Shown here one piece after another: positions 19,261 to 30,000 of a DNA stretch of 64,000 bases. How positions within the stretch are numbered: position 1 is the first letter of the stretch; each line of letters opens with the position of its first letter. The notes under the pieces were generated by a model. The model did not search any database and was not told the origin of the DNA. It saw only the letters and a program-made list of their open reading frames with translations. This stretch comes from Thermoplasmatales archaeon (lineage in GTDB: Archaea > Thermoplasmatota > Thermoplasmata > Thermoplasmatales > Thermoplasmataceae): positions 1-64,000 of the forward strand of contig DAIDBH010000013.1 in the NCBI GenBank assembly GCA_027310185.1, written 5' to 3'. A program made the position numbers and the translations under genes.

Positions 19261-19915
19261 AATTTTTATCTTTTATATTCTTAAGAACTGGAGTGAAATG
19301 TTCATCGCTCAGTAAGGACTGGGTGACATCTGTCCCTGAGGAAAAGAAACTCATTGCTGGGGTGATTGCTATCTGGTTTTTGTCATCGTATACGAAGGCA
19401 GGAATCTTGTAAACACCGCCTATTTTATCCCTTAATACTATTGATGGATGTTCATGTCCTAATATTGTGAATTTTCTATAGGAAAGATCCTTATCACCAT
19501 GATAAATGTAGTAATTTTCTGTCTCATAGGTATCCACCTCAAGAATGCCCCGTTTGCTCAGAATGGATTGAAGGTAATTATCATGATTTCCCCTTACAAA
19601 TATCAGCTCTGTTTTTGCTGAAAAACGATCTATGAAATGGATGACATCATCCCACTCCTGTGGCAGGTTCCTCCTGAACTCCTGCTTGAAGTCTCCATTT
19701 ATGATCAACTTTTCAGGGTTGTATCTCTCAATTATCTGAGAAACTTTATCCTCAACATGATTCCTCTGTAATTTTGGGAGAAATAAACCATTGAGATTCA
19801 TTTCTTCTTCGAACCCAAGGTGAAGATCTGATATGACTGCAGCAGATATGTCTGATAAGTAAATACAGAAAAGGTCTGAGATATAAACGTTCTCCCTTAT
19901 TTCAAGGTCTTTCAA
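19169..19915 (-). CDS. Metallophosphoesterase (COG1407-like)
   Basis: SDLHLG, NGD, GNHD, HG, GHEHP calcineurin-like motifs. Confidence 0.9.
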   Translation of the reverse strand: MKDLEIRENVYISDLFCIYLSDISAAVISDLHLGFEEEMNLNGLFLPKLQRNHVEDKVSQIIERYNPEKLIINGDFKQEFRRNLPQEWDDVIHFIDRFSAKTELIFVRGNHDNYLQSILSKRGILEVDTYETENYYIYHGDKDLSYRKFTILGHEHPSIVLRDKIGGVYKIPAFVYDDKNQIAITPAMSFFSSGTDVTQSLLSDEHFTPVLKNIKDKNFRVFGITDDFGLVDFGFLYDLQAKNRIPYR

Positions 19916-20024
19916 TATTAACTAAATGCATTCCTTGATTACATAATTTTGCCTCGACTTATCTCTTTAAAATGATACCGTAAAATGGTAGCAAAATTAT
20001 TAACGCATATCTACATTTTGGGAC

Positions 20025-21506
20025 GTGGAACTCAGTCCTCAGGAATCGGCTGTTCTCATTTACCTGAAAGACAGGCAAGAGGTAAAAGAGAAAGATATTG
20101 TAATAGATAAATTATCAGATGAAAACGTAAGGGGGGCCATATCCTGGCTGGATAAGAAAGGGTTGATCATCACGAGAATCGTAGATAGTGAGGAGCTGGA
20201 ACTCACTGATGAGGGGAGGAAATACCTGGCTGAAGGATTCCCGGAGTACAGGATTTTGTCTATTCTTAAAACCAAAAAAGTTATGGGATTATCTGAGGTT
20301 CAATCAATACTTGGTCCTGTAGAATCAAGGATTGCAATTGCCCAGCTTGCAAAATTTGGCATTAAGCCCAGTAAGGGAGAGATAGAAATAAAACAGGTTG
20401 AAGATATAGAAGATAAATTATTGAAAAGAATGGAATTGCTAAAGGCAATAGATTCCAATAACACAGACCTTCCGAACAGCCTTCCTGAAGAAAGGGATGC
20501 AATCCTAAAGCGTAGTGGTATAGTTGAGAGGAGAACAAGGAGTACAAGGATCGTAAAGATCAGCGAAGCAGGCATTGAGGTTCTATCTTCCATGAAAGGT
20601 TCAGAAGACTCAATTGGCGAGCTCACAGCAGAGATGATCAGGGATGGAAGCTGGAAGAACAGAAAATTCAGGGCCTATGACCTGAACATGCCTGGAAAGG
20701 TTATCAGGAGAAATGGACTGCACCCCATGACTGTTCTCATCAATGATGTCAGGGAGATCTTTTTGTCGATGGGGTTTGAGGAACTGAAAGACCCCTATGT
20801 TGAATTTACAGGATGGAATATGGATGCACTTTTCATTCCACAGGATCATCCTGCAAGAGATATGCAGGACACATTCTTCCTCTCGACTGAGAAGAAGATT
20901 GAGCCCAATGAGGAAGACAGAAACCTGTTCAGTAAAGCTGGAAAGATCCATGAACAAGGGATCAGAGGATATTCTGGATGGAGATACGATTGGAAACCTG
21001 AGGAAGCAGAGAAACTGATGCTAAGGACCCATACAACTGCAAGTACAATGAGATCACTGCACAGGACTCCAAAAATTGAGAAGGCGGTTTTCTCTGTTGA
21101 TAAGGTGTTCAGGCATGAAAGCGTTGACTGGAAACATCTGGCAGAATTTCATCAGGTTGAGGGTGCCATTCATGCCAGGAATGCAAACCTTGGAACCCTT
21201 AAGTGGTATCTTAGGAAATTTTATTCGGCTCTAGGTTTCGATCATATTGAGTTGATCCCATCCTATTATCCGTACACAGAACCAAGTCTTGATGTTGTCG
21301 TGCAGATAGATGGAAAGGAGCTTGAAATGGGTGGCTCCGGCCTGATCAGACCGGAAGTTACGAAAGCGCTTGGACTAGAATATAATGTCATAGCATGGGG
21401 TCTAGGATTAGAACGTCTTGCCCTCCTCTATTACGGACTCAACGACCTGAGAAAACTCTATGAGAGCGACCTCGGATGGTTGCAGAACTACAGGGTCAGA
21501 CTCTGA
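20025..21506 (+). CDS. pheS: Phenylalanine--tRNA ligase alpha subunit (archaeal long form)
   Basis: NMDALFIPQDHPARDMQDTF, LRTHTT, VFRHE..D..HLAEFHQVEG, YYPYTEPS, AWGLGLERL. Confidence 0.97.
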   Translation: MELSPQESAVLIYLKDRQEVKEKDIVIDKLSDENVRGAISWLDKKGLIITRIVDSEELELTDEGRKYLAEGFPEYRILSILKTKKVMGLSEVQSILGPVESRIAIAQLAKFGIKPSKGEIEIKQVEDIEDKLLKRMELLKAIDSNNTDLPNSLPEERDAILKRSGIVERRTRSTRIVKISEAGIEVLSSMKGSEDSIGELTAEMIRDGSWKNRKFRAYDLNMPGKVIRRNGLHPMTVLINDVREIFLSMGFEELKDPYVEFTGWNMDALFIPQDHPARDMQDTFFLSTEKKIEPNEEDRNLFSKAGKIHEQGIRGYSGWRYDWKPEEAEKLMLRTHTTASTMRSLHRTPKIEKAVFSVDKVFRHESVDWKHLAEFHQVEGAIHARNANLGTLKWYLRKFYSALGFDHIELIPSYYPYTEPSLDVVVQIDGKELEMGGSGLIRPEVTKALGLEYNVIAWGLGLERLALLYYGLNDLRKLYESDLGWLQNYRVRL

Positions 21507-22770
21507 ATGTTGTTTTAAGGAAGCAAAGTGAATTCCGGTAATTGTTCTCAATTTCAGCAGCCATTTTTCCATCTTTCTTAATATATTCTCCATTGATCAC
21601 CGTATCGGTTATGGCCCCCGGGTTCATGCTGTAAATGATCTGGTTAACCATTATTTCAGGATCGGATGACTGCAGGGAGAAATGGTTTCCATCAATTATG
21701 TTGAAATCCGCTGGAGCTCCGACTTTTATTTCACCGAGATTTGGAATACGTGAAGCTCTTCCGCCATTAACTGTCAGCATCCTGAAGACATCAATTGCGC
21801 TTATCATGCCAGCATCCCACCTGCTGTTCTTTATTGAGATTGCCCCAGTTTTCGCAGATTCCAGGATGTTGAGGGAGTTGTTGCTTCCATTGCTATCAGT
21901 CCCGATAGTGATATTTACCCCGCTATTCATCAATTCTGGCACTGGTGGAGAACCTCCAGTACCCAGTTTAAGATTACTTTCAGAGTTCCAGGAAACATTC
22001 ACTTCATTCTTTCCCAGCGCCCTTATCTCGTGGTCATTCAACCACACACAGTGAGCGGCATTGAGCCTGTGACTGAGAAGATTGTTCTCGAGAAGGTACT
22101 CCACAGGGCGTTTCCCTGTTTTATCCATGAATTCATAAACTTCCTTCCTGGTTTCTGAAACATGCATGTGAAGTAGTGTGTCAAATTTTCTTGATACCTG
22201 GTCTGCCCCCTTCATTGTGTCAAGAGAAGCAACATATACTCCCTGAATGCCAATTGAAGGTTCAATAATGCTGTTTTTCCCCCCGTAATCCTTAATGAAA
22301 TTCTCTGCGTTGTCAACAGGGTCCCCTTTCTGTGTGGTGATTTCCTTATCGAGCGTATTCCAGGACAGAAAAGCCCTGATACCCATCCTGTTGCATGCCT
22401 CCCATATTATATCTTCGTCATAGTACATGTCAAAAAATGAGGTTATGCCGTTTGAAAGTAGCTCATACACACCGCAAATGGATGAATGGAGTATATCATC
22501 CGGGGTTCTTGCGCTATCAAGCTTGAACGTCTTCTCGAGAAACTTTTCAAGATTCATGTCATCCAGCTTTCCCCTGAACCTGCTCATTGCGATATGAGCA
22601 TGAGTGTTTATAAAACCTGGTATCAAGAACCTGCTGCAATCACCTGAATTCTCAGTCTCTTCAACACCTGTGATTTTTCCTCTGCTGATTTCAACTGTTC
22701 CATGCCTGAAACTGTTCAGTGAAGTATCATAATAAAAAACGTTTTCAATTATCTTGCTTGTTTCCATCAT
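21496..22770 (-). CDS. Amidohydrolase, MTA/SAH or 5'-deoxyadenosine deaminase-like
   Basis: PGFINTHAH, HMHVSET, AAHCVWL, GTDSNGSNN. Confidence 0.85.
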   Translation of the reverse strand: MMETSKIIENVFYYDTSLNSFRHGTVEISRGKITGVEETENSGDCSRFLIPGFINTHAHIAMSRFRGKLDDMNLEKFLEKTFKLDSARTPDDILHSSICGVYELLSNGITSFFDMYYDEDIIWEACNRMGIRAFLSWNTLDKEITTQKGDPVDNAENFIKDYGGKNSIIEPSIGIQGVYVASLDTMKGADQVSRKFDTLLHMHVSETRKEVYEFMDKTGKRPVEYLLENNLLSHRLNAAHCVWLNDHEIRALGKNEVNVSWNSESNLKLGTGGSPPVPELMNSGVNITIGTDSNGSNNSLNILESAKTGAISIKNSRWDAGMISAIDVFRMLTVNGGRASRIPNLGEIKVGAPADFNIIDGNHFSLQSSDPEIMVNQIIYSMNPGAITDTVINGEYIKKDGKMAAEIENNYRNSLCFLKTTFRV

Positions 22771-23626
22771 CTTCCATAATCTTTAGATGGTAATTTCCTT
22801 TTCTATCAGAGTGTTTTACTGAAAACATCACTATTATGACAATTAATGTGGTAACAAATATGGAATAGATACTGTATGGCAAATAAATCAGTAGAAAGGT
22901 GAGAATAAATGAAGCTACTGCTCCAGTTAATATGGGGTAACCGAGATATTCAAGTGATTTTTTTACCCTGTTTTCCTCAGAAAAATAGAGGTTCAGTATG
23001 AACCCAACTATGGAGACAATAAAAGTGGTAGTCAGCAGGTCAAGCACAAATGGATTTGGTTGTAACAGCAATGTTATGAATTCATATCCCTTGTAGATCA
23101 GAAGGTATACATTGAGATATATGAGTATACCTGTGAGTTCATATACCTCAAAAAAGCTGTAACCTTTGAAAACATTCAGGGCAAATGTAAGTGTTGCAAG
23201 CATATATATGGTGGATGTTGTTGAAACGACCATATAGGAAACTGTTCTTGATGTTTTTCTGGATAAGACCCCCTCAAAAAGTAATGGAAATACAATACCA
23301 GTGGAAAGAGTAAAGAAAAAAGGAGTAAAGTTCTCCTTGGTTATTGGATACCTGAAAATACCTGAGCCTATGAATGAATCATGGGTTATGAGAACAAGAT
23401 CAGATACAAGTATGTAGATAAGGATGACAATTATGGTTAGGGGATATACCCTTGATCTGTAGTCCTTTGGAGAAAAATACTTCACAAACGGCAGTACAAA
23501 AAGAAGGATGACCCATGCTTCCCAGTAAAGTCTCTCCACCGGGAATATATAAATAAAGGAGGCTATGGCAGGTGTCAGTATGAGCACGTTTGAGATGTAT
23601 ATGAATAAGTCATTCTTCCTCATCAT
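22745..23626 (-). CDS. Polytopic membrane protein of the MoxR operon
   Basis: About 9 hydrophobic segments; overlaps both neighbours. Confidence 0.8.
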   Translation of the reverse strand: MMRKNDLFIYISNVLILTPAIASFIYIFPVERLYWEAWVILLFVLPFVKYFSPKDYRSRVYPLTIIVILIYILVSDLVLITHDSFIGSGIFRYPITKENFTPFFFTLSTGIVFPLLFEGVLSRKTSRTVSYMVVSTTSTIYMLATLTFALNVFKGYSFFEVYELTGILIYLNVYLLIYKGYEFITLLLQPNPFVLDLLTTTFIVSIVGFILNLYFSEENRVKKSLEYLGYPILTGAVASFILTFLLIYLPYSIYSIFVTTLIVIIVMFSVKHSDRKGNYHLKIMEDDGNKQDN

Positions 23627-24945
23627 GCACCTCTATTACTTTCCCTTCCATTGATATAATCGGAAATGAGTGATACCAGTATCCTCTCCTTCATCACATT
23701 CCTTGCAACTATGCCAAATTTTCTGTAAAATTTGACATTGGTGTCCAGGACCTTAGTCTCGTTGATTATAAGGGCATTTCCAAAAACTCCTATGATTTCT
23801 GTGTCATGTGTATCATAAAAGCCCCTTGGATTTATGATATACATATATTCCTGCTTTTCCATTCGAAGGTCCTGTGGTAGAACTTCTTCTGTATTCTTCC
23901 CGGAATAGGGTGAAATAAGCATGAATATCATTGCGTTTTTCTTTACAGTCTTCCTGATGTACCTGTTAGCTGCTCCTATGTTGAATGTGCCGGAGGGCCT
24001 GATCTCTGCAACCTTCTTCTGAAGGTTTTCTATCGATTCACTCCTTGATGATGGCTTAATATATATCTGGTGATCGGACGAGAATATTATGTAACCAACC
24101 CTGTCCTGGTTCTTGAGCATTGTATAGGAAGCATTGATCGCGCTTGTTACCATGAAATCAAACATCCTGAGCTTTCCGTATCCAAGGTTTGAACCCAAGC
24201 TGTAGTCAATGAGAATTATGGCATCTATCTGCCTCTCCTCTTCCCATTCCTTCACAAAGAGCTCATCATTTCCTGTAAGATTATACCTGTTCCATGCAAC
24301 ATGTCTCATATCATCCGAATCGTTGTAAGCCCTGATGCCGAAGAAGTTGTATCCCTGTCCTGCCTTCCTTGAGATATGCAGCCCATTGGTGAAGATGACG
24401 TTGCTTAATCTCTCGCTTCTCTGCATGAAGGTATCCTTGGATGATGGGCCTATCCTTGCAGTACTGATCAGATCTGCAACATACTCTATAAATCCAAGTC
24501 CAAGGGCATCTGAGCATATCACCTTTAACGGTCCTACAGAATATTTACCTATTGCCTCCGGGCTAAGATAATAAGTTTTTCTGACTGTTTCTCCCTTTTT
24601 CAGGTATATACTGTCAGTAAAATCTCCTTTCAGTTCAAACACATCAGCCAGTGTGTCAAAATACTGGAAATGAAGATTCCTTCTGGATGGATTTTTTATG
24701 ATCAGCTCTGCCCTGACCATGTCTCCCTTCTTCATTTCTTCTCTTTCAAGTATCCTCCTGACTTCCAGCTGGTTCATGGCTTTAAATGTTCCGTGGTTGA
24801 GTGCCCACAGATCAGCACTTACAATGAAGATTCCACTGAGAAAGAAGAATGTCAGCATCTGGTAACCATATAAATTATAGATGTACGATTCTACAAGACC
24901 TATTGTAAGTATGGCCAGAATGCTGTAAGCTCTTTTCTTGATCAT
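23623..24945 (-). CDS. DUF58 domain protein
   Basis: Two N-terminal TMs; G..F.GIRAY...DDMRHVAWN, LFVKEWEEE, MIDAS-like IDYSLGS, QDRVG; downstream of moxR. Confidence 0.88.
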   Translation of the reverse strand: MIKKRAYSILAILTIGLVESYIYNLYGYQMLTFFFLSGIFIVSADLWALNHGTFKAMNQLEVRRILEREEMKKGDMVRAELIIKNPSRRNLHFQYFDTLADVFELKGDFTDSIYLKKGETVRKTYYLSPEAIGKYSVGPLKVICSDALGLGFIEYVADLISTARIGPSSKDTFMQRSERLSNVIFTNGLHISRKAGQGYNFFGIRAYNDSDDMRHVAWNRYNLTGNDELFVKEWEEERQIDAIILIDYSLGSNLGYGKLRMFDFMVTSAINASYTMLKNQDRVGYIIFSSDHQIYIKPSSRSESIENLQKKVAEIRPSGTFNIGAANRYIRKTVKKNAMIFMLISPYSGKNTEEVLPQDLRMEKQEYMYIINPRGFYDTHDTEIIGVFGNALIINETKVLDTNVKFYRKFGIVARNVMKERILVSLISDYINGRESNRGA

Positions 24946-25907
24946 TAAGGAGCAGGCACCTCAGAAAGTATTTCTTCAATAACCCTGAAAGCAACTTCCG
25001 TTCCGATATCAGATTCGTCAAGCATTGCCTCTGGCCTCAGGATCAACCTGTGGTTCAGCAAATACTTGCTGATGTAATACACGTCTTCTGGAACCACATA
25101 ATTTCTTCCGTGAACAAGTGCGCATGCCCTGGAGGCCATCAGGAGTTTTGCTGTGGTACGTGGACTGGCTCCCACATAAACTTTCTTGCTCTCCCTTGTC
25201 TTTCTCATGAGGTCTACCATGTATTCCTTGATGCTCTGAGAAACAAATACATCAAAAACTTCATCCCTAAGCTTCAGGATAGTATCAACATCCATGTATG
25301 TTTGTGTGCTGGCATTTCTCAATGACCTGTTAAGTATCTGAACCTCTGCTTCCCGTGTGGGATATGTCAGAATTAACCTGAAAAGAAATCTGTCCATCAA
25401 TGCCTCAGCTATGGGAAAAGTCCCTTCCTGCTCAATGGGATTTTGTGTCGCAATAACTATGAATGGTACTGGTAGCTTATGAGTGACACCCCCTACTGAA
25501 ACCTGCTTCTCCTCCATTGCCTCAAGAAGTGCAGATTGCACCTTTGCAGGCGTCCTGTTTATTTCATCCGCCAGTAATACATTGGTGAAAGCAGGACCCT
25601 CCCTGAACTCAAGTTTTCTCGATTCAAGATTGAAAATTATGTTTCCAGTTATGTCCGATGGCAGCATATCTGGAGTGAACTGTATCCTCTTGAACTGTGC
25701 CTTGAGGTGAGATGCAAATTCACTCGCCAGCATTGTTTTTGCAAGTCCTGGGACACCTTCCATTAATATATGATTATTGCTAATCAGCGAAATAAACATG
25801 AATTTCACTATTTCCTTAGAACCAACAACCTTGGATTCTATTTCGTTTCCTATCAATTCTATTGAGTTCCTGACCTTTGTAAGGTCTCCCTGCGTTAATT
25901 CAGCCAT
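24945..25907 (-). CDS. moxR: MoxR-family AAA+ ATPase
   Basis: GVPGLAKT, RIQFTPDMLPSDITG, LLADEINR, ATQNPIEQEGT, DRF, GASPR. Confidence 0.95.
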   Translation of the reverse strand: MAELTQGDLTKVRNSIELIGNEIESKVVGSKEIVKFMFISLISNNHILMEGVPGLAKTMLASEFASHLKAQFKRIQFTPDMLPSDITGNIIFNLESRKLEFREGPAFTNVLLADEINRTPAKVQSALLEAMEEKQVSVGGVTHKLPVPFIVIATQNPIEQEGTFPIAEALMDRFLFRLILTYPTREAEVQILNRSLRNASTQTYMDVDTILKLRDEVFDVFVSQSIKEYMVDLMRKTRESKKVYVGASPRTTAKLLMASRACALVHGRNYVVPEDVYYISKYLLNHRLILRPEAMLDESDIGTEVAFRVIEEILSEVPAP

Positions 25908-25911
25908 ATAT

Positions 25912-26430
25912 TTATTCCTCCTTTATTCTGCTCAGATCGAGATCTATGGTTACCTTCTGGATGGTTGCATACACACTCATGATCTCCTTGAACTCCTTTT
26001 GCATTTTTTCTGCAAGTTTCTTCTTCGTCCTCTCGCTTGCAGTATATGTTATGCGGTATTTCATTCTACGGTATTTCCTGGCTTTTCTTGTCAGGTATTT
26101 TGATAATGCCTTGATCTTCCTGGAACTGTCTTCGAGGTTAGCCTCAAAATGATCATAATCCCTACCCTGCACGTACAACATCTCCTCATTTATGTAATCT
26201 TCCGGCAATTTAAAAGTTTCCTTTTCCTGTATGAAGGTAGGTTCGGAATCTACCTTCCTTCTTAGTGCATTTATTTTTAGAATGATGAAATATACGACAA
26301 CCATCAGAACTGGTACAAGAAATACGAAAAATAACATTGGATCTGTTTCCAGCTCATAAAGAAGTTCTGTGAATGAAAATGACGGAATATTCAGGGATAT
26401 TGAAGAAAATGGTAAAACGCCTACTGACAT
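25912..26430 (-). CDS. Hypothetical single-TM protein with a basic helical tail
   Basis: One TM segment, then a K/R-rich helical region; 4-bp gaps to neighbours. Confidence 0.75.
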   Translation of the reverse strand: MSVGVLPFSSISLNIPSFSFTELLYELETDPMLFFVFLVPVLMVVVYFIILKINALRRKVDSEPTFIQEKETFKLPEDYINEEMLYVQGRDYDHFEANLEDSSRKIKALSKYLTRKARKYRRMKYRITYTASERTKKKLAEKMQKEFKEIMSVYATIQKVTIDLDLSRIKEE

Positions 26431-26434
26431 CTAT

Positions 26435-27013
26435 TTACTCATCCACGAAATAAAGTTTCTTTATGTCCATGTAATTGTAGATATCTGTTACTTCAGAGAT
26501 GATCCTGTCACCATCGATTTCATTATCCTGTGAATAGGCTGCTGGAAGATATATGTCCATTAGGAATGATGCGTATTTCTTTAAAGCCATCTCCCTCATC
26601 TGTGTATCTCCGGTACTCTTCGTGCCTATCAGTGAAGTACCAAGTGCAAGCGATACTGGATCTACGATTATTTCCTCAGTCAGGTCCTTGTTAGACTCCT
26701 TCAGAACCTTATAAATCCTTTCCATATTCGGGAGATTCCCACCAAGGTTTATATTGAAATACCTTTCAATATCCTTCTGCACATCTCTCTTTGCCTCAAT
26801 GGCGGCCTTGAGGATTTCTTTGTTTCCAACATTTCTCCTTGCATTGACAAGTGGTGGGATGTCGAGTATTGTCTTTACCCTGATCTGTGTCTCTTCCCTC
26901 ACAACCTTCTTCTTCCTGTTGAAAAAGCCTCTCTTCTTCCTCTCCCCACTTTCACCATTCAGTATGTCCTGTATCTGTTTTATTGCTTCCTGATCACTGC
27001 TTTGTTTTTCCAT
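26435..27013 (-). CDS. Hypothetical soluble protein
   Basis: 192-aa ORF with a GGAG SD-like site inside the upstream gene end; tightly packed in the operon. Confidence 0.75.
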   Translation of the reverse strand: MEKQSSDQEAIKQIQDILNGESGERKKRGFFNRKKKVVREETQIRVKTILDIPPLVNARRNVGNKEILKAAIEAKRDVQKDIERYFNINLGGNLPNMERIYKVLKESNKDLTEEIIVDPVSLALGTSLIGTKSTGDTQMREMALKKYASFLMDIYLPAAYSQDNEIDGDRIISEVTDIYNYMDIKKLYFVDE

Positions 27014-27016
27014 AAA

Positions 27017-30000
27017 TTATTCCTCTCCATTCATGTTCGCGTAATTAACGTTCAATACGCCAATGTATACATAGAAATATGTATAAAAGGAGTATGTTGA
27101 GCCTCCTAGATAAATATCAACACCAAGTTTTGCCCCGCCATTATATGAATAACTAAGATTATCGAAGGCATAATTCCTCCTGGACAGAATGCTCACATTT
27201 TTCCCGTCGATTTCCAGTCTGGAATAGTCCTGCATGTAATAATCTGTCTGGTTCTTCAACTTTACTGTCACGTTCTTTATTATTCCTGAAATACTCCCCA
27301 GATATACAGAATTATTCCAGAGATAGGTTTTATTTGCAAGCCTGCTCCCAGTTTCATTGAAAACTGTTTTCTCCATTGTGTTTGTTACGTTTATGTACTG
27401 GATATTGTATGGTGTCCTGAAATTAAGAGAGAAGTTATTGCTCTTGAAGTTGCTCCCCTCCACACTTATGTGGTAATCCATGTTAATTCCAGTCTTGTTC
27501 TTTATTACATAAAGGTATAATCCTGTCCCGTTGCTGTCAGGAATATAACTACCTTGCATCACAATATAATTGTTAAACAATGGTTCAGTGAGGTTGTATG
27601 AAAGTTTAACTCTACTTTCTACCGGTATAACCAGCCCGTAAGTAGAAACGTTCAGGTGCCTGAATTGCCCGGTGCTGTTCTCATGGGTAAAGCTTAGTCT
27701 CGCAGACACGTAATCCGTCCCCTTGTATGTGAAATTATATGAACCATATGGAAGGCCATAGGTTACAAATGTACCATTGAATTGTTCGCTTATCCTGGTT
27801 TTGATCAGTCCTATAGAGGATGTGGAGTTATTCAGGAAAAGATTTGAAACTGGCAGTTGCTCATTGAATTCCCGACCGTATTTCTTTCCAAAGTTCCTGT
27901 TAACTGTGTAATTTAGCATGTTGATTAAGCTTATATTCACATTGCTTGTCTTCCTATAATCCATGAATGCATTTACGGTTACTCCGGTTCCATCTAAAAC
28001 CTGGTTGTTTAAAGTTTTATAATACTGGCCAATGACTGAGATGTTCATTGAAAGAGAGAAGGAAGTGTTGACACTGAATGAAGGCGTCATGGTATTATTG
28101 ATGTACACTTTCTTGGAGTATACAATTCCGTTTATATACGAATAAAGAATGAATTCATTGCCTTTATTTCTGGCAAAATTACTCACTTTAACATTTATGA
28201 CCTGATGGCCCTTATTATAAATATTAGAAGAGACAGACCTATGTAGTATGCCCTCCAGATGAGTCTTATTATATCCAGGAACCCTTAAGAATGATTCTGT
28301 AAAACCTTTTCCTATGGCCTGAAGTGGCCTGGAACCAATCTGGTTTGAGGTTAGATTTTTCTGTCCGGACTGGGACTTAATTCCAAATGATTTACTGCTG
28401 TTGTAGAATCCAGCCTGCGTTACATTAACAGTTAGATTTATTTCATAATTCTGGTGGGTGTCTATGAAATAATAAAATTTGAATGATCCTACTGAAGACT
28501 GTTCTATGCTGCTGTTTACAAGCAGCCCATTTTCATACATAGTAATATCTGGATACAGCAATTTCTGCTGATTCACAAGATTAAAAGTAAATCCACTAAT
28601 TTCAAAAAACTGTCCTGGAAGAGGTTTCAATGAAATATCCGGTGTAACCGCCTGGCCACTTTCATTCTTTATGGATATGGAAACTGTTGAATACTGGAAC
28701 CCTGGTGCATATACTACCAGATCATACGAACCAAAATAGTAGGCCGGAAATGTTGCAACTCCATTCCTGCTTATGTTAGTCTGTGTGTAGTATATAGTCC
28801 CTTCAAAGTTACCCATAATCATAACGCTAAGAGAATGCAGAAGAGTCCTGTTCTGCGGCGAGTTTGGATAGAACACATTATTAAGTTGAATAGTTATGTT
28901 TTTATTTTTTATAAAGCCCTTGTTGAAATTTGAAAATGCAAGGTTGTATGATACATCTGAAAGACTTCCCTTCAGGTACCTTGAAACGTTAGAAACCATG
29001 AATGATGGTATGGGAGTTATCCCGGTGTTCCTGTCAAATGTGACCTTCGTCGGAACAAATGGATCCCTTGCCTGCACTGAAATATCCACATTACTTATGC
29101 TATGGTTCAGGTAAAATATGGAAGAATGGTTATCCAGAAATTCATAATTTGTACTTACGTAAACATAGTCAAAACCCACTGGTGCTGGTACCTGGTAGTA
29201 ACCCGAAATATTCGTTACTGTGCTCGCAAAAAATGGCGGGGTGCTGAAAAAAGTTCCAATGGTTGAATTCTGGCTTAGCAAAACCGAGCTGATGTCAATT
29301 CCACTTACCGGTTGGTTCAGTTTGTTTCTTATATAACCAGAAATCAGGTATGTTACATTTTTTAGGTTCTTCATCTTGAAATTGAGATTTGTGATCTGTT
29401 TTCCTGTAACGTTGAAAAAAAGAGGTTTTGGGGTTTCATTGTAATTCCGTTTGATAGTCAACGCAGCATACGTACCATTTTGGAGAGTAGTGTGATAGAT
29501 GGCGTTTGAATTAGAACTGCTATTATAGAAACCAAAAAAGGAAACGAAGGAAAGATTTACATTGGGAACATTCATACCAGTAATGTTGAGCGTTTTTCCA
29601 GACACATCATAAAAAGTTGCCTTTTGCAACGTTACATTTGCCCATTGGGAATTGCCTGAGAGAATGGTGAACTTGCTGAAGCCTGTATTATATCCACTTA
29701 CCTTGAAACCGATGGTGAATGAACCGTACTGCAGCATTGTAACAGAGTAATATCCCCTGCTGTTAAGTTGTGCATAAACAACCCATGGAAAATCATAAAT
29801 TGAAATTCTTCCCGTAACGGGAGTTCCAGACTTGCTTTTTACATATCCATGCAATTGAATTGTTCCATTCTGAACTGGACTCATGCTGGAACCTTTTGTG
29901 CTGAAGGCCAGCATCTTTTCCTCGTTCTGGAATATATGGGGAATCTTGATCTTCTCATATGGCTTGGCATTGTATGTTTCGTGGAATAGGGAAAGGCCCG